In this document: positions 52,725 to 62,595 of the stretch, one piece after another
Position numbering within the stretch: position 1 is the first letter of the stretch
How the letters are laid out: the number at the start of each line of letters is the position of its first letter
Assembly (NCBI GenBank): GCA_028872915.1
Contig: JAGWNY010000008.1
Span: forward strand, 2,165 to 66,164
Source of the DNA: Verrucomicrobiota bacterium
GTDB lineage: Bacteria; Verrucomicrobiota; Verrucomicrobiia; Limisphaerales; UBA11358
DNA: 64,000 nucleotides
Reading direction: 5' to 3'
Notes under the pieces: generated by a model
What the model was told of the DNA's origin: nothing
What the model saw: only the letters and a program-made list of their open reading frames with translations
The model's database searches: none
Translations under genes and position numbers: made by a program

Positions 52725-53903
52725 ATGTCAGAACAACTGGCTTACGTCATTGTCACACCCTATTCACTCTACAAATCCCGCACCGGGGGAATTCTCAGCC
52801 GTTTGATTTCTCGCACGGGTCTGGACCTGGCGGCCATGCGCATGTTCGCGCCAAGCCCCGAACTCGCCAGGGAATACGCCGACACCATTGTTTCCGCCGC
52901 CGACCCCAACGACCGCAAAATCCAGGAGGAACTCGCCGCTTACGTTTTCAAGAATCTCTCGCCCGACCCGAAAACCGGCCGCCGGCGGCGCGTGATGATG
53001 TTGTTGTTTCAGGGCCAGGATGCCGTGCGCAAGGTGCGGTCCGTGGTCGGCAACTTAAGCCCGGACCGGCGCGGGGGCGAAACCATCCGGGATACCTACA
53101 GCGACTTGATCATGGACGACGATACCGGCGGCGTGCGCTATTTCGAGCCGGCCGTGTTGGCCGCGCCCAATGAAGCGGAGGCGGAGCGGAAACTGAAGTT
53201 GTGGGCGCGTTTTTCGGACGCGGACGGGGGCATACTGGAAAACGTGATCGTGTATCCCGCGGGCCAGGCGCCCGAACGGACCCTCGTGCTCATCAAGCCC
53301 GACAATTTCAAGTTTCCCACGGGTCGGCCGGGAAACGTGATTGATTTCTTTTCGCGGACAGGCCTTTACATCGTGGGTGTCAAGGTGCTGCACATGAGCG
53401 TCGCGCAGGCAATGGAATTTTACGGGCCGGTCCGGGAGATATTGCGCACGAAATTGAAAGAGGGGGTGAGCGAGCGCGCCAAAACGGTGCTGGAAAAGGA
53501 ATTGAACGTAAAAATTACGCCGGAGGCGCAGGCGGCGCTGGGCGAGGTGCTGGGACCCTTGCACGGGGACAATCAATTTGACGTGATCATGCGCTTCATG
53601 ACCGGCTACACGCCTTCCGAGCGGCCGAGCGACGCGGAGCGAAAATCCCCCGGAACGCAAAAGTGTATTGCGCTGGTGTATGAGGGAGTGAACGCCGTGC
53701 GAAAAATCCGGGACGTGCTGGGGCCTACGGACCCGTCCAAGGCGCCGCCCGGCTCGATCCGCCGTGAATTTGGCTCGAATATCACCGTGAACGCCGCCCA
53801 CGCGAGCGATTCGGTCGAGAACGCCCGGAGGGAATTTGCCATTGTCAATCCCGGCGAAAACAATTTCAAACACGTGGTTGAAGCGGCCTTTGGAAAGGTA
53901 TGA
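52725..53903 (+). CDS. Tandem-domain nucleoside-diphosphate kinase-like protein
   Basis: The second half has NDK hallmarks (RTLVLIKPDNF..., GPTDPSKAPPGSIRREFG, NAAHASDS). The first half is NDK-like but contains no histidine. Confidence 0.8.
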   Translation: MSEQLAYVIVTPYSLYKSRTGGILSRLISRTGLDLAAMRMFAPSPELAREYADTIVSAADPNDRKIQEELAAYVFKNLSPDPKTGRRRRVMMLLFQGQDAVRKVRSVVGNLSPDRRGGETIRDTYSDLIMDDDTGGVRYFEPAVLAAPNEAEAERKLKLWARFSDADGGILENVIVYPAGQAPERTLVLIKPDNFKFPTGRPGNVIDFFSRTGLYIVGVKVLHMSVAQAMEFYGPVREILRTKLKEGVSERAKTVLEKELNVKITPEAQAALGEVLGPLHGDNQFDVIMRFMTGYTPSERPSDAERKSPGTQKCIALVYEGVNAVRKIRDVLGPTDPSKAPPGSIRREFGSNITVNAAHASDSVENARREFAIVNPGENNFKHVVEAAFGKV

Positions 53904-53937
53904 AGGACCGCGGCCGCAAAGGGGCGGAGGCGCACGA

Positions 53938-54729
53938 GTGAAGCGATATTTATCCATTTATGCCGCGCTCTGGAGCAATTCAGTCGCGCGCGAGATGTCG
54001 TTCAAGGCGAATTTCATTTTATGGATTTTTGTGGAGGTGCTGTGGTTTGGATTGCAGTTGAGCCTGATCGCCATTCTCTATTCGCAGACCAACGCGGTGG
54101 GCACGTGGACAAAATGGCAGATGGTGCTGCTGGCGGGGGCGAGCAGCCTCATCACGCAGGTTTTCCAGGCGTTTTTTCTTACAAACTGCACCGCCTTGTC
54201 GGAACTGGTGCGGACTGGAAAGATGGATTTTCTGCTCGCTCTGCCCGTAAACACGCGGTTTATGGTGTCGTTGCGGCAGGTGGATTTGGGCGCGTTTTTC
54301 AACGCGGCGCTGGCCGTGGCGGTCATGGTGTTCGCGGCGGGGCGGCTCCATCTGCATCCCACCCCGCCGCAACTCGCCGGCTTCGCCGGATTATGCGTGG
54401 CGGGTATTTTGGTCCATTATTCGCTCATGTTCATGCTGGCGGCGGTGAGCTTCTGGACGGTGCGGGCGCAGGGAATCGTGTGGGGCTACTACAATTTGTT
54501 CAACATTGCCCGCCTGCCGGATGAAGCCTTTCGCGGCGCGTTCAAGGCGGTGTTCACGTTTGCGCTGCCCATGTTGCTGGTCTCGAACGTGCCGGTTCGC
54601 GTGCTGGCCGATAAGATAACGTCGCCGGCAATGTGGCTGCTGCTGGTCGGGCTGGGACTCGCGTGGGCTGCCGCCTCGGAATGGTTCTGGCGGTTTTCGC
54701 TGCGCCGTTACACGAGCGCCAGCACGTAG
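53938..54729 (+). CDS. ABC-2 family transporter permease-like membrane protein (DUF990 type)
   Basis: Six predicted TM helices and a GKMDFLLALPV motif. The GTG start is uncertain. Confidence 0.65.
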   Translation: MKRYLSIYAALWSNSVAREMSFKANFILWIFVEVLWFGLQLSLIAILYSQTNAVGTWTKWQMVLLAGASSLITQVFQAFFLTNCTALSELVRTGKMDFLLALPVNTRFMVSLRQVDLGAFFNAALAVAVMVFAAGRLHLHPTPPQLAGFAGLCVAGILVHYSLMFMLAAVSFWTVRAQGIVWGYYNLFNIARLPDEAFRGAFKAVFTFALPMLLVSNVPVRVLADKITSPAMWLLLVGLGLAWAAASEWFWRFSLRRYTSAST

Positions 54730-54751
54730 AAAACCAACCGCAACCCCGGCA

Positions 54752-56173
54752 ATGGAAAGGATGATCCCCATTCGTTTTGGCACCGACGGCTGGCGCGCCG
54801 TCATCGCCGAGGGTTTCACGTTTGAAAACGTCGCCATCGCCGCCCAGGCAACGGCCGATTATTGGAATCAGGAAATGGCAAGGCCCGCATCGGAAATTTT
54901 CGGGCGTGGCGCGGGCGTGGTCGTGGGTTACGACCGCCGTTTCTTTTCGGACCGGTTCGCGCGCGTCGCGGCGGACGTTTTTTCCGGAAACGGCTTTGAC
55001 GTGATCCTGACCCCCTCTCCCACCCCCACGCCTTCCGTCTCCCACGCGGTCAAACATCTTGGCGCGATTGGCGGCATCATGATCACCGCAAGCCATAATC
55101 CGCCCATCTTCAACGGCTTCAAACTCAAATCCCACTACGGAGGTTCAAGCGATTCGGAGACCTGCCGGGCCGTGGAAACTTTCCTGGGCGTAAACCCGCC
55201 CCGCCAGGCCGCCGGCGCGCGAATCGAGGACGTGCGGCCCGCCCATTTTGCCGCGTTAAAGAAGCTGGTGGATTTCAAACGCATCGCCAATTCGCGCCTG
55301 CGGTTTGCGCACGACGCGCTGTTTGGAGTGGGCGCCGGTTGTTTTGAGCAATTGCTCGCCGGCACAACCTGCCGCGTGACCACCCTCAACGGCAGGCACG
55401 ACGTTTTGTTCGGCGGCATCAATCCCGAACCGATTGACAGGAATTACGGCCCGACGCGGAAATTTCTGCGGCGCCATCCGCACGACATCTGCCTGGTAAC
55501 GGACGGTGACGCCGACCGGGTCGGCGGCATGGACGGACGCGGCGGCTATTTCACGACGCACCAGATCATCTGCCTGTTGCTCCATCATTTCATTGCCAAC
55601 CGCAAAGCCCGGGGCCGGGTGGTGAAGGCGCTCACCACCACGTCCATGGTGGACAAAATCTGCGCGGCACACGGCTTGGAGTTGGTGGAGACGGGCGTGG
55701 GCTTCAAATATATTTGCGCGGAGATGCTCAAGGGCGGCGTGCTCTTGGGGGCCGAGGAGAGCGGCGGAATCGGTTTTCCGGGGCACATTCCCGAACGGGA
55801 CGGCATCGCGGCGGGCTTGATGCTGCTGGAGCTGCTGGCGGTGGAAAAAATTTCCGCGACCCGAATTTTGGCCGGACTGGAAAAACAATTCGGCGCGCAC
55901 CGATACGGCAGGATAGACACGCATTTTCCGCTGGAGCGGCGCGCCGCCCTCATGGAGTTCTTGAGAAACAATCCTCCGGCCCGGCTGCTGGGTTCGCCCC
56001 TCGCTGAAGTCAAGGCTTTTGACGGGGTCAAATTCATCGCACGGGACTCTTCATGGCTGATGTTGCGCGGCTCTGGAACCGAACCGGTGCTGCGGATTTA
56101 CGCGGAAGGCCGGTCGGCAGCGGATGCCGGAAAGCTGTTGCGGATGGGGGTGAATCTCGCCCGGCAGGTTTGA
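54752..56173 (+). CDS. Phosphoglucomutase/phosphomannomutase family protein
   Basis: FGTDGWRAVI, active-site TASHNPPIFNGFK, DGDADR and EESGG. Confidence 0.92.
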   Translation: MERMIPIRFGTDGWRAVIAEGFTFENVAIAAQATADYWNQEMARPASEIFGRGAGVVVGYDRRFFSDRFARVAADVFSGNGFDVILTPSPTPTPSVSHAVKHLGAIGGIMITASHNPPIFNGFKLKSHYGGSSDSETCRAVETFLGVNPPRQAAGARIEDVRPAHFAALKKLVDFKRIANSRLRFAHDALFGVGAGCFEQLLAGTTCRVTTLNGRHDVLFGGINPEPIDRNYGPTRKFLRRHPHDICLVTDGDADRVGGMDGRGGYFTTHQIICLLLHHFIANRKARGRVVKALTTTSMVDKICAAHGLELVETGVGFKYICAEMLKGGVLLGAEESGGIGFPGHIPERDGIAAGLMLLELLAVEKISATRILAGLEKQFGAHRYGRIDTHFPLERRAALMEFLRNNPPARLLGSPLAEVKAFDGVKFIARDSSWLMLRGSGTEPVLRIYAEGRSAADAGKLLRMGVNLARQV

Positions 56174-56288
56174 CGCCGGTTTGACTTCAACGCGGCGCGA
56201 ATTTCCACGATGGAAACGTCGCGCATTGAACCCCAATCCCTTCAGCCTTCGCGTGCTTCATCCGTGGCTGAAAAATGAATCCCCTGCT

Positions 56289-57770
56289 TTAACTCACAGC
56301 CATGTTGAGGAGGAACTCGATGTTGCTCTTGGTTTTCTTGAGCTTGCCGAGCATCAATTCCATGGCTTCCACCGGCGGCACGCCCGTGAGCGCGCGGCGC
56401 AAAATCACAACGCGATTGTATTCATCCGGATGATACAATAACTCTTCCTTCCGGGTGCCGGAGCGTTCGATGTTGATCGAGGGAAAAATCCGGCGGTCCA
56501 CAAGAGCGCGGTCCAGATGCACCTCCATGTTGCCCGTGCCCTTGAATTCTTCGAAGATCACTTCGTCCATGCGCGAACCGGTGTCCACCAGGGCGGTGGC
56601 CATGATGGTAAGCGAGCCGCCTTCCTCGATGTTTCGCGCCGCCCCGAAAAAACGCTTCGGTTTGTGCAGCGCGTTGGCGTCCACGCCCCCGGAAAGAATT
56701 TTGCCGGAATGCGGCTGGATCGTGTTGTAGGCGCGGGCCAGGCGCGTGATCGAATCAAGCAAAATGACGACGTCGCGCTTGTGCTCGACCATCCGCCGGG
56801 CTTTTTCAATGACCATTTCCGCCACCTGCACGTGCCGTTCGGGCGGCTCGTCGAAGGTGGAGGAAATCACTTCGGCGCCCTTGCAGGTCCGCTCCATGTC
56901 CGTGACTTCCTCGGGCCGCTCGTCAATGAGCAGGATGAACAGGTACGCTTCCGGATTGTTCTTGAGGATGGCGTTGGCGATTTTTTGCATCAGCACCGTC
57001 TTGCCCGTGCGCGGCGGCGCGACAATCAATCCCCGTGTGCCCTTGCCAATCGGGCAAACCAAATCCAGCACCCGCGTGTTGACCTCCTCCGCTGCCGTTT
57101 CCAAAATGAACCGCCGGTTCGGAAAAAGCGGCGTCAGGTTGTCGAATAGTGTTTTTTCCTTCGCCTTGTCGGGATCTTCGCCATCCACGGCTTCGACCTT
57201 CAACAGGGCGAAAAATTTTTCCTTTTCCTTGGGCGGACGTATCTGGCCCGCGATCAGGTTGCCCGTCTGCAAATCGAACCGGCGGATTTGCGAGGGCGAA
57301 ATGTATATGTCCTCCGGGCACGGCAGATAATTGAAGCTTTGGGAGCGCAGAAAGCCAAAGCCTTCCGGCAAAATTTCCAGCACGCCTTCCGAAAAAAGAA
57401 CGCCGGCCCGCTCCGCGTTTTTCTGGAGAATGTGAAAAATCACCTCGTGCTTGCGCATGGTCCCGAAGTTCTCCACGCCATATTCCCTCGCCATCACGTT
57501 CAACTCCCCCATTTGCATCCCCTGAAGCTTCGCTATGTTCAGCGAGGCGGCGATCTTGTCGCGCCCATGGCCGCGGCGCTCGTCGCGTTCGGCCAAAATG
57601 AATTCCGTGTCGGGCGTCGGCTCGATGGGGGTGGATGGCGGTTGCAGCGCCGGCTCCGGCTTGGGCGGCGTTTCCACCTCGGCCGGCGCGGGCGCGCTGT
57701 CCACGGACGCTTCAGCCGGCGGCTCGGCAGCCGTCTTGGTCCTGGGTTTTTTGGATGAAACTCTCGGCAT
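56289..57770 (-). CDS. rho: Transcription termination factor Rho with a ~75-aa disordered N-terminal extension
   Basis: [23 protein letters not shown] and [13 protein letters not shown]-terminal Pro/Glu/Ala-rich extension. Confidence 0.97.
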   Translation of the reverse strand: MPRVSSKKPRTKTAAEPPAEASVDSAPAPAEVETPPKPEPALQPPSTPIEPTPDTEFILAERDERRGHGRDKIAASLNIAKLQGMQMGELNVMAREYGVENFGTMRKHEVIFHILQKNAERAGVLFSEGVLEILPEGFGFLRSQSFNYLPCPEDIYISPSQIRRFDLQTGNLIAGQIRPPKEKEKFFALLKVEAVDGEDPDKAKEKTLFDNLTPLFPNRRFILETAAEEVNTRVLDLVCPIGKGTRGLIVAPPRTGKTVLMQKIANAILKNNPEAYLFILLIDERPEEVTDMERTCKGAEVISSTFDEPPERHVQVAEMVIEKARRMVEHKRDVVILLDSITRLARAYNTIQPHSGKILSGGVDANALHKPKRFFGAARNIEEGGSLTIMATALVDTGSRMDEVIFEEFKGTGNMEVHLDRALVDRRIFPSINIERSGTRKEELLYHPDEYNRVVILRRALTGVPPVEAMELMLGKLKKTKSNIEFLLNMAVS

Positions 57771-58123
57771 AAAAATATGTTGGAGCGGCTGGTTTTTTCC
57801 CCCGCGCGGCGACCGGCGGCAAAGCCCTCACCTCTTGGACGGCTTGCGCCCGCTACGGTTCAAACGACGCTGGATGAAGTTGTCCTCATGGCAGGGGAAA
57901 TTCGCAGTCAACTCACCGACACAGTGGCGCAGGAGCCTTTGCGTGTCAAATGATAATTTAATTCCCAATCTTCGGCGGGCGGAAGTCGCATCCGTTTGGA
58001 AATTTCCTTTTCGTCAGGCGCGGCTTTTGCCGGGAAAATGTCATGCCACCTCAATCTGCGCCGGAATTTGGCGGGGTCGGCGGGACCCGATGAGACAGAG
58101 GCGCGCGTCGAGGTTGGTGATGA

Positions 58124-58252
58124 GAAGGTGCTGCCTTGTGCGGCGAAGTGCGCTTGGCCCGCTGCCTCAAACCCGTTTCCTGCGTGAGTGTTGATGAGCC
58201 GGTCTTTATCGGACTGCGTCAAGACAAGTCCGCCCCGGAATTCGTGCGCGAA
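58124..58252 (+). pseudogene. Possible remnant of the C-terminus of an ATP-dependent DNA ligase (LigD-type OB domain)
   Basis: The frame translates to EGAALCGEVRLARCLKPVSCVSVDEPVFIGLRQDKSAPEFVRE. The ...P.F.GLR.DK....V..E ending is characteristic of ATP-dependent ligases. The frame is closed by two stops immediately upstream. Confidence 0.3.
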
Positions 58253-58267
58253 TTTCCCCCGCCGGCC

Positions 58268-60301
58268 TTACATGAAATAGTCAAAGTCCCGCTCGGTGCG
58301 CAGGTAACGCCGTAGGCGGAAGATGTGGGCGGGCGAAATGCGCGGGTCCAACTCCACGTAATTGCGCCCGCCTTTCCACAGGTAGCGTTCGTCCGTCAGC
58401 AAATCGTGCATTTGATAGGACCGGCGCCCCTCCAGGCCCAATTCCTCCAGCGGCAGGTCCAGCCATCCGCTGTGGCGATAATGCGGGCTTAAATTGACCA
58501 CCGTCAGGACGATATTGGCCCGGTCATCGGTGGTCTTCGTATAGGCGATCAATTCGGGATTGTCCGTGCGGTGAAAGCGCAGCCCGCGGTCCGATTGCAG
58601 CGCCGGATTCTCGCGCCGGACCTGGTTGACGCGCGCGATCAATGGCTCCAGGCTGTGCGGACTGTCCAGCTTCCACGCCTTCATCTCATACTTTTCCGAG
58701 TCCAAATACTCCTCCCCGCCGGCCTCGCGCGCCGCGTTTTCACAAAGTTCAAACGCCGGGCCATAAATGCCATAGCTCGCCCCCAGCGTCGCGGCAAGAA
58801 CCAGGCGGATGGCAAATGCCGGCGGGCCGTCCGTCTGCAAAAATTGCGTCAGGATGTCCGGGGTGTTGGGCCAGAGATTCGCGCGAAGAAATTCCGCGGC
58901 ATCCGTGCGCGTCAACTCGGCAAAGTAGGTTTCCAGTTCGTCCTTGGTGTTGCGCCAGGGGAAATAATTGTAGGATTGCGTGAAGCCGCTCTGGGCGAGC
59001 CGATACAGCGCCTTCGGCCGCGTAAACGCCTCGGAAAGGAATATCAGCCCCGGATTTTTTGCCTTCAACCCCCCCAGGCACCATTCCCAAAACGCAAACG
59101 GTTTCGTGTGCGGATTGTCCACGCGGAAAATCCTCACGCCCTGGTCCATCCAAAATTCAAAGATGCTTTTCAGTTCCAGCCACAACTCGCGCCACTGGTC
59201 GCATTCAAAATTGAACGGCACGATGTCCTGGTATCTTTTCGGCGGATTTTCCGCCGGTTGAATGCTCCCATCCGGCCGCCGCCGGAACCACTCCGGGTGT
59301 TCCGCCACGTAGGGATGGTCCGGCGCGCACTGGAACGCTATGTCCAGCGCTATTTCTATCTTAAATTCCCGCGCCTTTTCCACCAGCCGCCCGAAATCCT
59401 CCAGCGTTCCAAGTTCCGGATGCACCGCCTTGTGCCCGCCTTCCGCTGATCCAATCGCCCATGGACTCCCCGGATCATCCCGCCTGCATTCAGTCGCGTT
59501 GTTCTTCCCCTTGCGAAATGATCTGCCGATGGGATGCACCGGCGGCAGATACAGTACGTCGAAACCCATTCCCGCCACGCGCGGCAATTGTTCCACGCAC
59601 CCTTTCAATCCGCCAAAGGAACGCGGAAACATCTCGTACCATGCCCCGAACCGCGCGCGCTCCCGATCCACGACCACGCCCAATTCCTTTTCATATCGCG
59701 TGGCCGATTGCCGGTCGGGATGCCGCCCCATCAATCCCGCCAGTTCCTCAAGCTTCAACTCTTCACCCGCCACTCTTTCGGGCGCACTGGCTTCGGCCGA
59801 CGCCGCGGATGCCCCGCTCCTCTCCCTCTTGCCGGCGGCGCGAAGCGCACCGGCCCACTTCTGGAGCTTTTCGATATCCGCGCCGCGGGCCCGTCCCGCG
59901 GCGCCTTCCACCCGCTCTGCTCCCACCAGCCAATCCACGGATACATCCTGTCCGGCCCCCTGCTTCTTCTCCAAATCCGCCCGCCACGACCCGAAATGGT
60001 CCACCCACGCTTCAATGGTATAAAAGTAATTGCCGGTCTCCGAAACCGTGAATTCCCCGCGCCAGCGGTCGTTCTCCACGTGCTCCATCGCTGCCTCCAG
60101 CCATTCCCGTTGACGCTCGTGCCGGAACATAATCACCGCCGTCAGGGCGTCGTGCCCGTCCGCAAATATGTCCGCCTGCACTGCCACCCGTTCGCCGGCC
60201 ACCCGTTTGATCGCGTGGCGTCCGCCGTTGATTTCAGGCGCCACGTTCTCGATCACCACCCTCCGCCGTCCGTCCCCGGCAAAAATTTCCTGTTCCATCA
60301 T
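58268..60301 (-). CDS. glgE: Alpha-1,4-glucan:maltose-1-phosphate maltosyltransferase GlgE
   Basis: RVVIENVAPEINGGRHAIKRV, YFYTIEAWVDHF, FRVDNPHTKPF, and GH13 catalytic regions. The start was taken at MMEQEIF (60301). Confidence 0.93.
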   Translation of the reverse strand: MMEQEIFAGDGRRRVVIENVAPEINGGRHAIKRVAGERVAVQADIFADGHDALTAVIMFRHERQREWLEAAMEHVENDRWRGEFTVSETGNYFYTIEAWVDHFGSWRADLEKKQGAGQDVSVDWLVGAERVEGAAGRARGADIEKLQKWAGALRAAGKRERSGASAASAEASAPERVAGEELKLEELAGLMGRHPDRQSATRYEKELGVVVDRERARFGAWYEMFPRSFGGLKGCVEQLPRVAGMGFDVLYLPPVHPIGRSFRKGKNNATECRRDDPGSPWAIGSAEGGHKAVHPELGTLEDFGRLVEKAREFKIEIALDIAFQCAPDHPYVAEHPEWFRRRPDGSIQPAENPPKRYQDIVPFNFECDQWRELWLELKSIFEFWMDQGVRIFRVDNPHTKPFAFWEWCLGGLKAKNPGLIFLSEAFTRPKALYRLAQSGFTQSYNYFPWRNTKDELETYFAELTRTDAAEFLRANLWPNTPDILTQFLQTDGPPAFAIRLVLAATLGASYGIYGPAFELCENAAREAGGEEYLDSEKYEMKAWKLDSPHSLEPLIARVNQVRRENPALQSDRGLRFHRTDNPELIAYTKTTDDRANIVLTVVNLSPHYRHSGWLDLPLEELGLEGRRSYQMHDLLTDERYLWKGGRNYVELDPRISPAHIFRLRRYLRTERDFDYFM

Positions 60302-60651
60302 TCCAATTAACCCTTGCCGTCGCCTCCGCGCCACTGGAAATTTCAGCTTTTTCAAAAAATCGCCCAAAACGACAACCGTTCTCCGGCATCCGAAACCTCG
60401 TGCGCCTGTGGTAAAAGAGGGGGCAGCGAGCGCCGCTCCATCCCTTTTGCCCGTCTGGGCCGGCGTAAGAGCGGCAGGTTCAGCCGCCAAAAAGTCAGAT
60501 GCCCCCGCTTTGGGCATTGTGCGCTGTGCAACTTTTCATTCGCAAGCCTCTCCCCTATTTGACACTCTCCCCAGCGCGCGATGAACAGGTCCGCTTCTAA
60601 AAATCTGGCGGCGCGGTCTCCCGTCTCAATGCCGCCGCTAAAGCCCGGGTA

Positions 60652-62571
60652 ATGAACCTCGCCGCCCAAAATAACAATCCCCACGCACCCGACTGCGCCC
60701 GGAACGCTTTCCTCCGCCGCCGCGCGCCCGCCATCGGCCTTCTCATTGTGGCCGTGGTGTTCTTCGGTCTCGCCGCCCTGACATGGCGCAAATGGCCGGA
60801 CATCATCGTGGATTTCGGCGCGCAGCTCTACATCCCGTGGCGCCTTTCCCGGGGAGCTGTTTTATACAGGGACCTGTTTTATTTCGCCAGCGGCCCCCTC
60901 TCCCAGTATTACAATGCGTTGCTGTTCAAAATCTTTGGCGTCGGTTTTCTCACTCTCATCCTTTCAAACCTTGTCCTGGCCGCCGGCGTCCTGCTGCTCA
61001 TTTACCGCCGCTTTGTCGCCGCGGCGGATGCGATCACCGCCACGCTCATCGGCCTGGCAATCGTCGTCGTCTTCGCCTTCGCCAGCTATCTCACCATCGG
61101 AAATTACAATTACATCGCCCCCTACTCCTTTGAAGCCGTCCATGGGCTGTTCCTTTCCATCCTCGCCATCGCCTTGCTGGCCGATTGGATCAACAAAAAA
61201 CAATTGTTGTTCGCCGCGTTGGCCGGCCTTTGCGTCGGCATGGTTTTCCTCACAAAACCGGACATTTTCATCGCATTGTCCATGTCCGTCCTGGCCGCCT
61301 TTGTCTTGGCGCGCGCGACGGGCGGCGGCCCGGCGCACCCGTGGCGGGCGCTTGTCGCCTTCCTCGCCGCCGGCCTGGTCGCACCCGTGGGTTTCTTCCT
61401 CTATTTTCTGCGCGTCGAAGGCGCCCGGCAAAGCCTCCGTTCCCTTATCTTCGCCTGGCTCCCAGTGTTCAACAAGGCCGTCGTCGCCAGCGCCTTTTAC
61501 AAATGGTGCCTCGGCTTGGACCATCCGCTTCGTCATCTCGCGCAAATCGCCCTCTATTCCATCGCGCTCGCTGCCGTCGCGACCCTCTATGCCATCCTCT
61601 TCATTCGCCGCGCCGCCGCCAAATCCGCATGGTTGCGTTCCCCCGTCACGCTTCTTGCCCTCATCGCCCCGCTCCTGGCCTGGGCATTCTGCGCCGACTG
61701 GACTCGTTGCGGCTTTGCCCTCCCGCTGCTGGACATCGGTGCGTGCGTGCTTTCGGCGTGGCAATGGAAAAAATCGCGCGATTCACGATTGGCTTTTCCA
61801 TTCCTCTGGAGCGTCTTCGGCCTGGCCGCCCTCGCAAAAATGGGATTGTACCCCCGCGTCTGGCATTACGGTTTCGTGCTCGCCATGCCCGCCTTCGTCG
61901 CCGGTATTTTCCTCCTCTTCTGGCTGCTGCCGGCGCGGCTTCAAGGGAAATCCCCGGCCAGCGCACGCGATTTTCGCCTGGCCGTGCTGCTCGTGCTCTT
62001 GGCCGCCTTCGCCCGCCTCTTTGCCGTCTCCGAATCCGTCTATGCCCGCAAGCAATTGCCGGTGGGCGGCGGCCCCGACAAAATCATCGCCTTCGGCAGC
62101 CCGGACGCCCGCGGGCCGGCCTTTCGCGCCGCCCTCGACTGGATTGAAAATAACACGCCCGCAAACGCGACTCTGGCCGTGTTGCCCGAAGGCATCACCC
62201 TCAATTTCCTCGCCCGCCGTGTCAATCCCACGCCTTGCCTTTCCTGGGACCCCAACATGATGATCGTCTTCGGCCAGGCCCGGATGACCGCCGCCTTTGA
62301 GGCCCATCCTCCCGATTACGTCGTGCTCATCGAAAGAAACCAATCTGAATTCGACACTCCCGAATTTGGACACTCCGGCTATGGGCAGGCCCTGATGCAA
62401 TGGGTCACGACAAATTACAGCCCGGTCTTCCTCATAGGCCATCCCCCCCTTCAAAACGGCCGCTTCGGAATCCAAATCCTCCGCCGCCGCCCTGCCCAGC
62501 CGCCTCCCGCCCCGCCGCGGGATTCATCTGGACAAGATTCCAAATCTTCTGGTATGCAAACCGGCCTGTGA
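60652..62571 (+). CDS. Polytopic membrane glycosyltransferase-like protein (GT39/ArnT-like)
   Basis: About 12 TM helices in the N-terminal 450 aa, followed by a soluble C-terminal domain. The family assignment is by architecture only. Confidence 0.55.
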   Translation: MNLAAQNNNPHAPDCARNAFLRRRAPAIGLLIVAVVFFGLAALTWRKWPDIIVDFGAQLYIPWRLSRGAVLYRDLFYFASGPLSQYYNALLFKIFGVGFLTLILSNLVLAAGVLLLIYRRFVAAADAITATLIGLAIVVVFAFASYLTIGNYNYIAPYSFEAVHGLFLSILAIALLADWINKKQLLFAALAGLCVGMVFLTKPDIFIALSMSVLAAFVLARATGGGPAHPWRALVAFLAAGLVAPVGFFLYFLRVEGARQSLRSLIFAWLPVFNKAVVASAFYKWCLGLDHPLRHLAQIALYSIALAAVATLYAILFIRRAAAKSAWLRSPVTLLALIAPLLAWAFCADWTRCGFALPLLDIGACVLSAWQWKKSRDSRLAFPFLWSVFGLAALAKMGLYPRVWHYGFVLAMPAFVAGIFLLFWLLPARLQGKSPASARDFRLAVLLVLLAAFARLFAVSESVYARKQLPVGGGPDKIIAFGSPDARGPAFRAALDWIENNTPANATLAVLPEGITLNFLARRVNPTPCLSWDPNMMIVFGQARMTAAFEAHPPDYVVLIERNQSEFDTPEFGHSGYGQALMQWVTTNYSPVFLIGHPPLQNGRFGIQILRRRPAQPPPAPPRDSSGQDSKSSGMQTGL

Positions 62572-62595
62572 CCCGGATGCCGCCGGCCTGAACGA

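Noticed and set aside
57535-58222. ORFs 57535..58194+ (219 aa), 57908..58222- (104 aa) and 57996..58187+ (63 aa) in the rho-glgE gap
   Set aside because: They overlap each other in different frames, lack motifs, and run into the rho coding region or across the ligase remnant. The region is better explained as decayed DNA.
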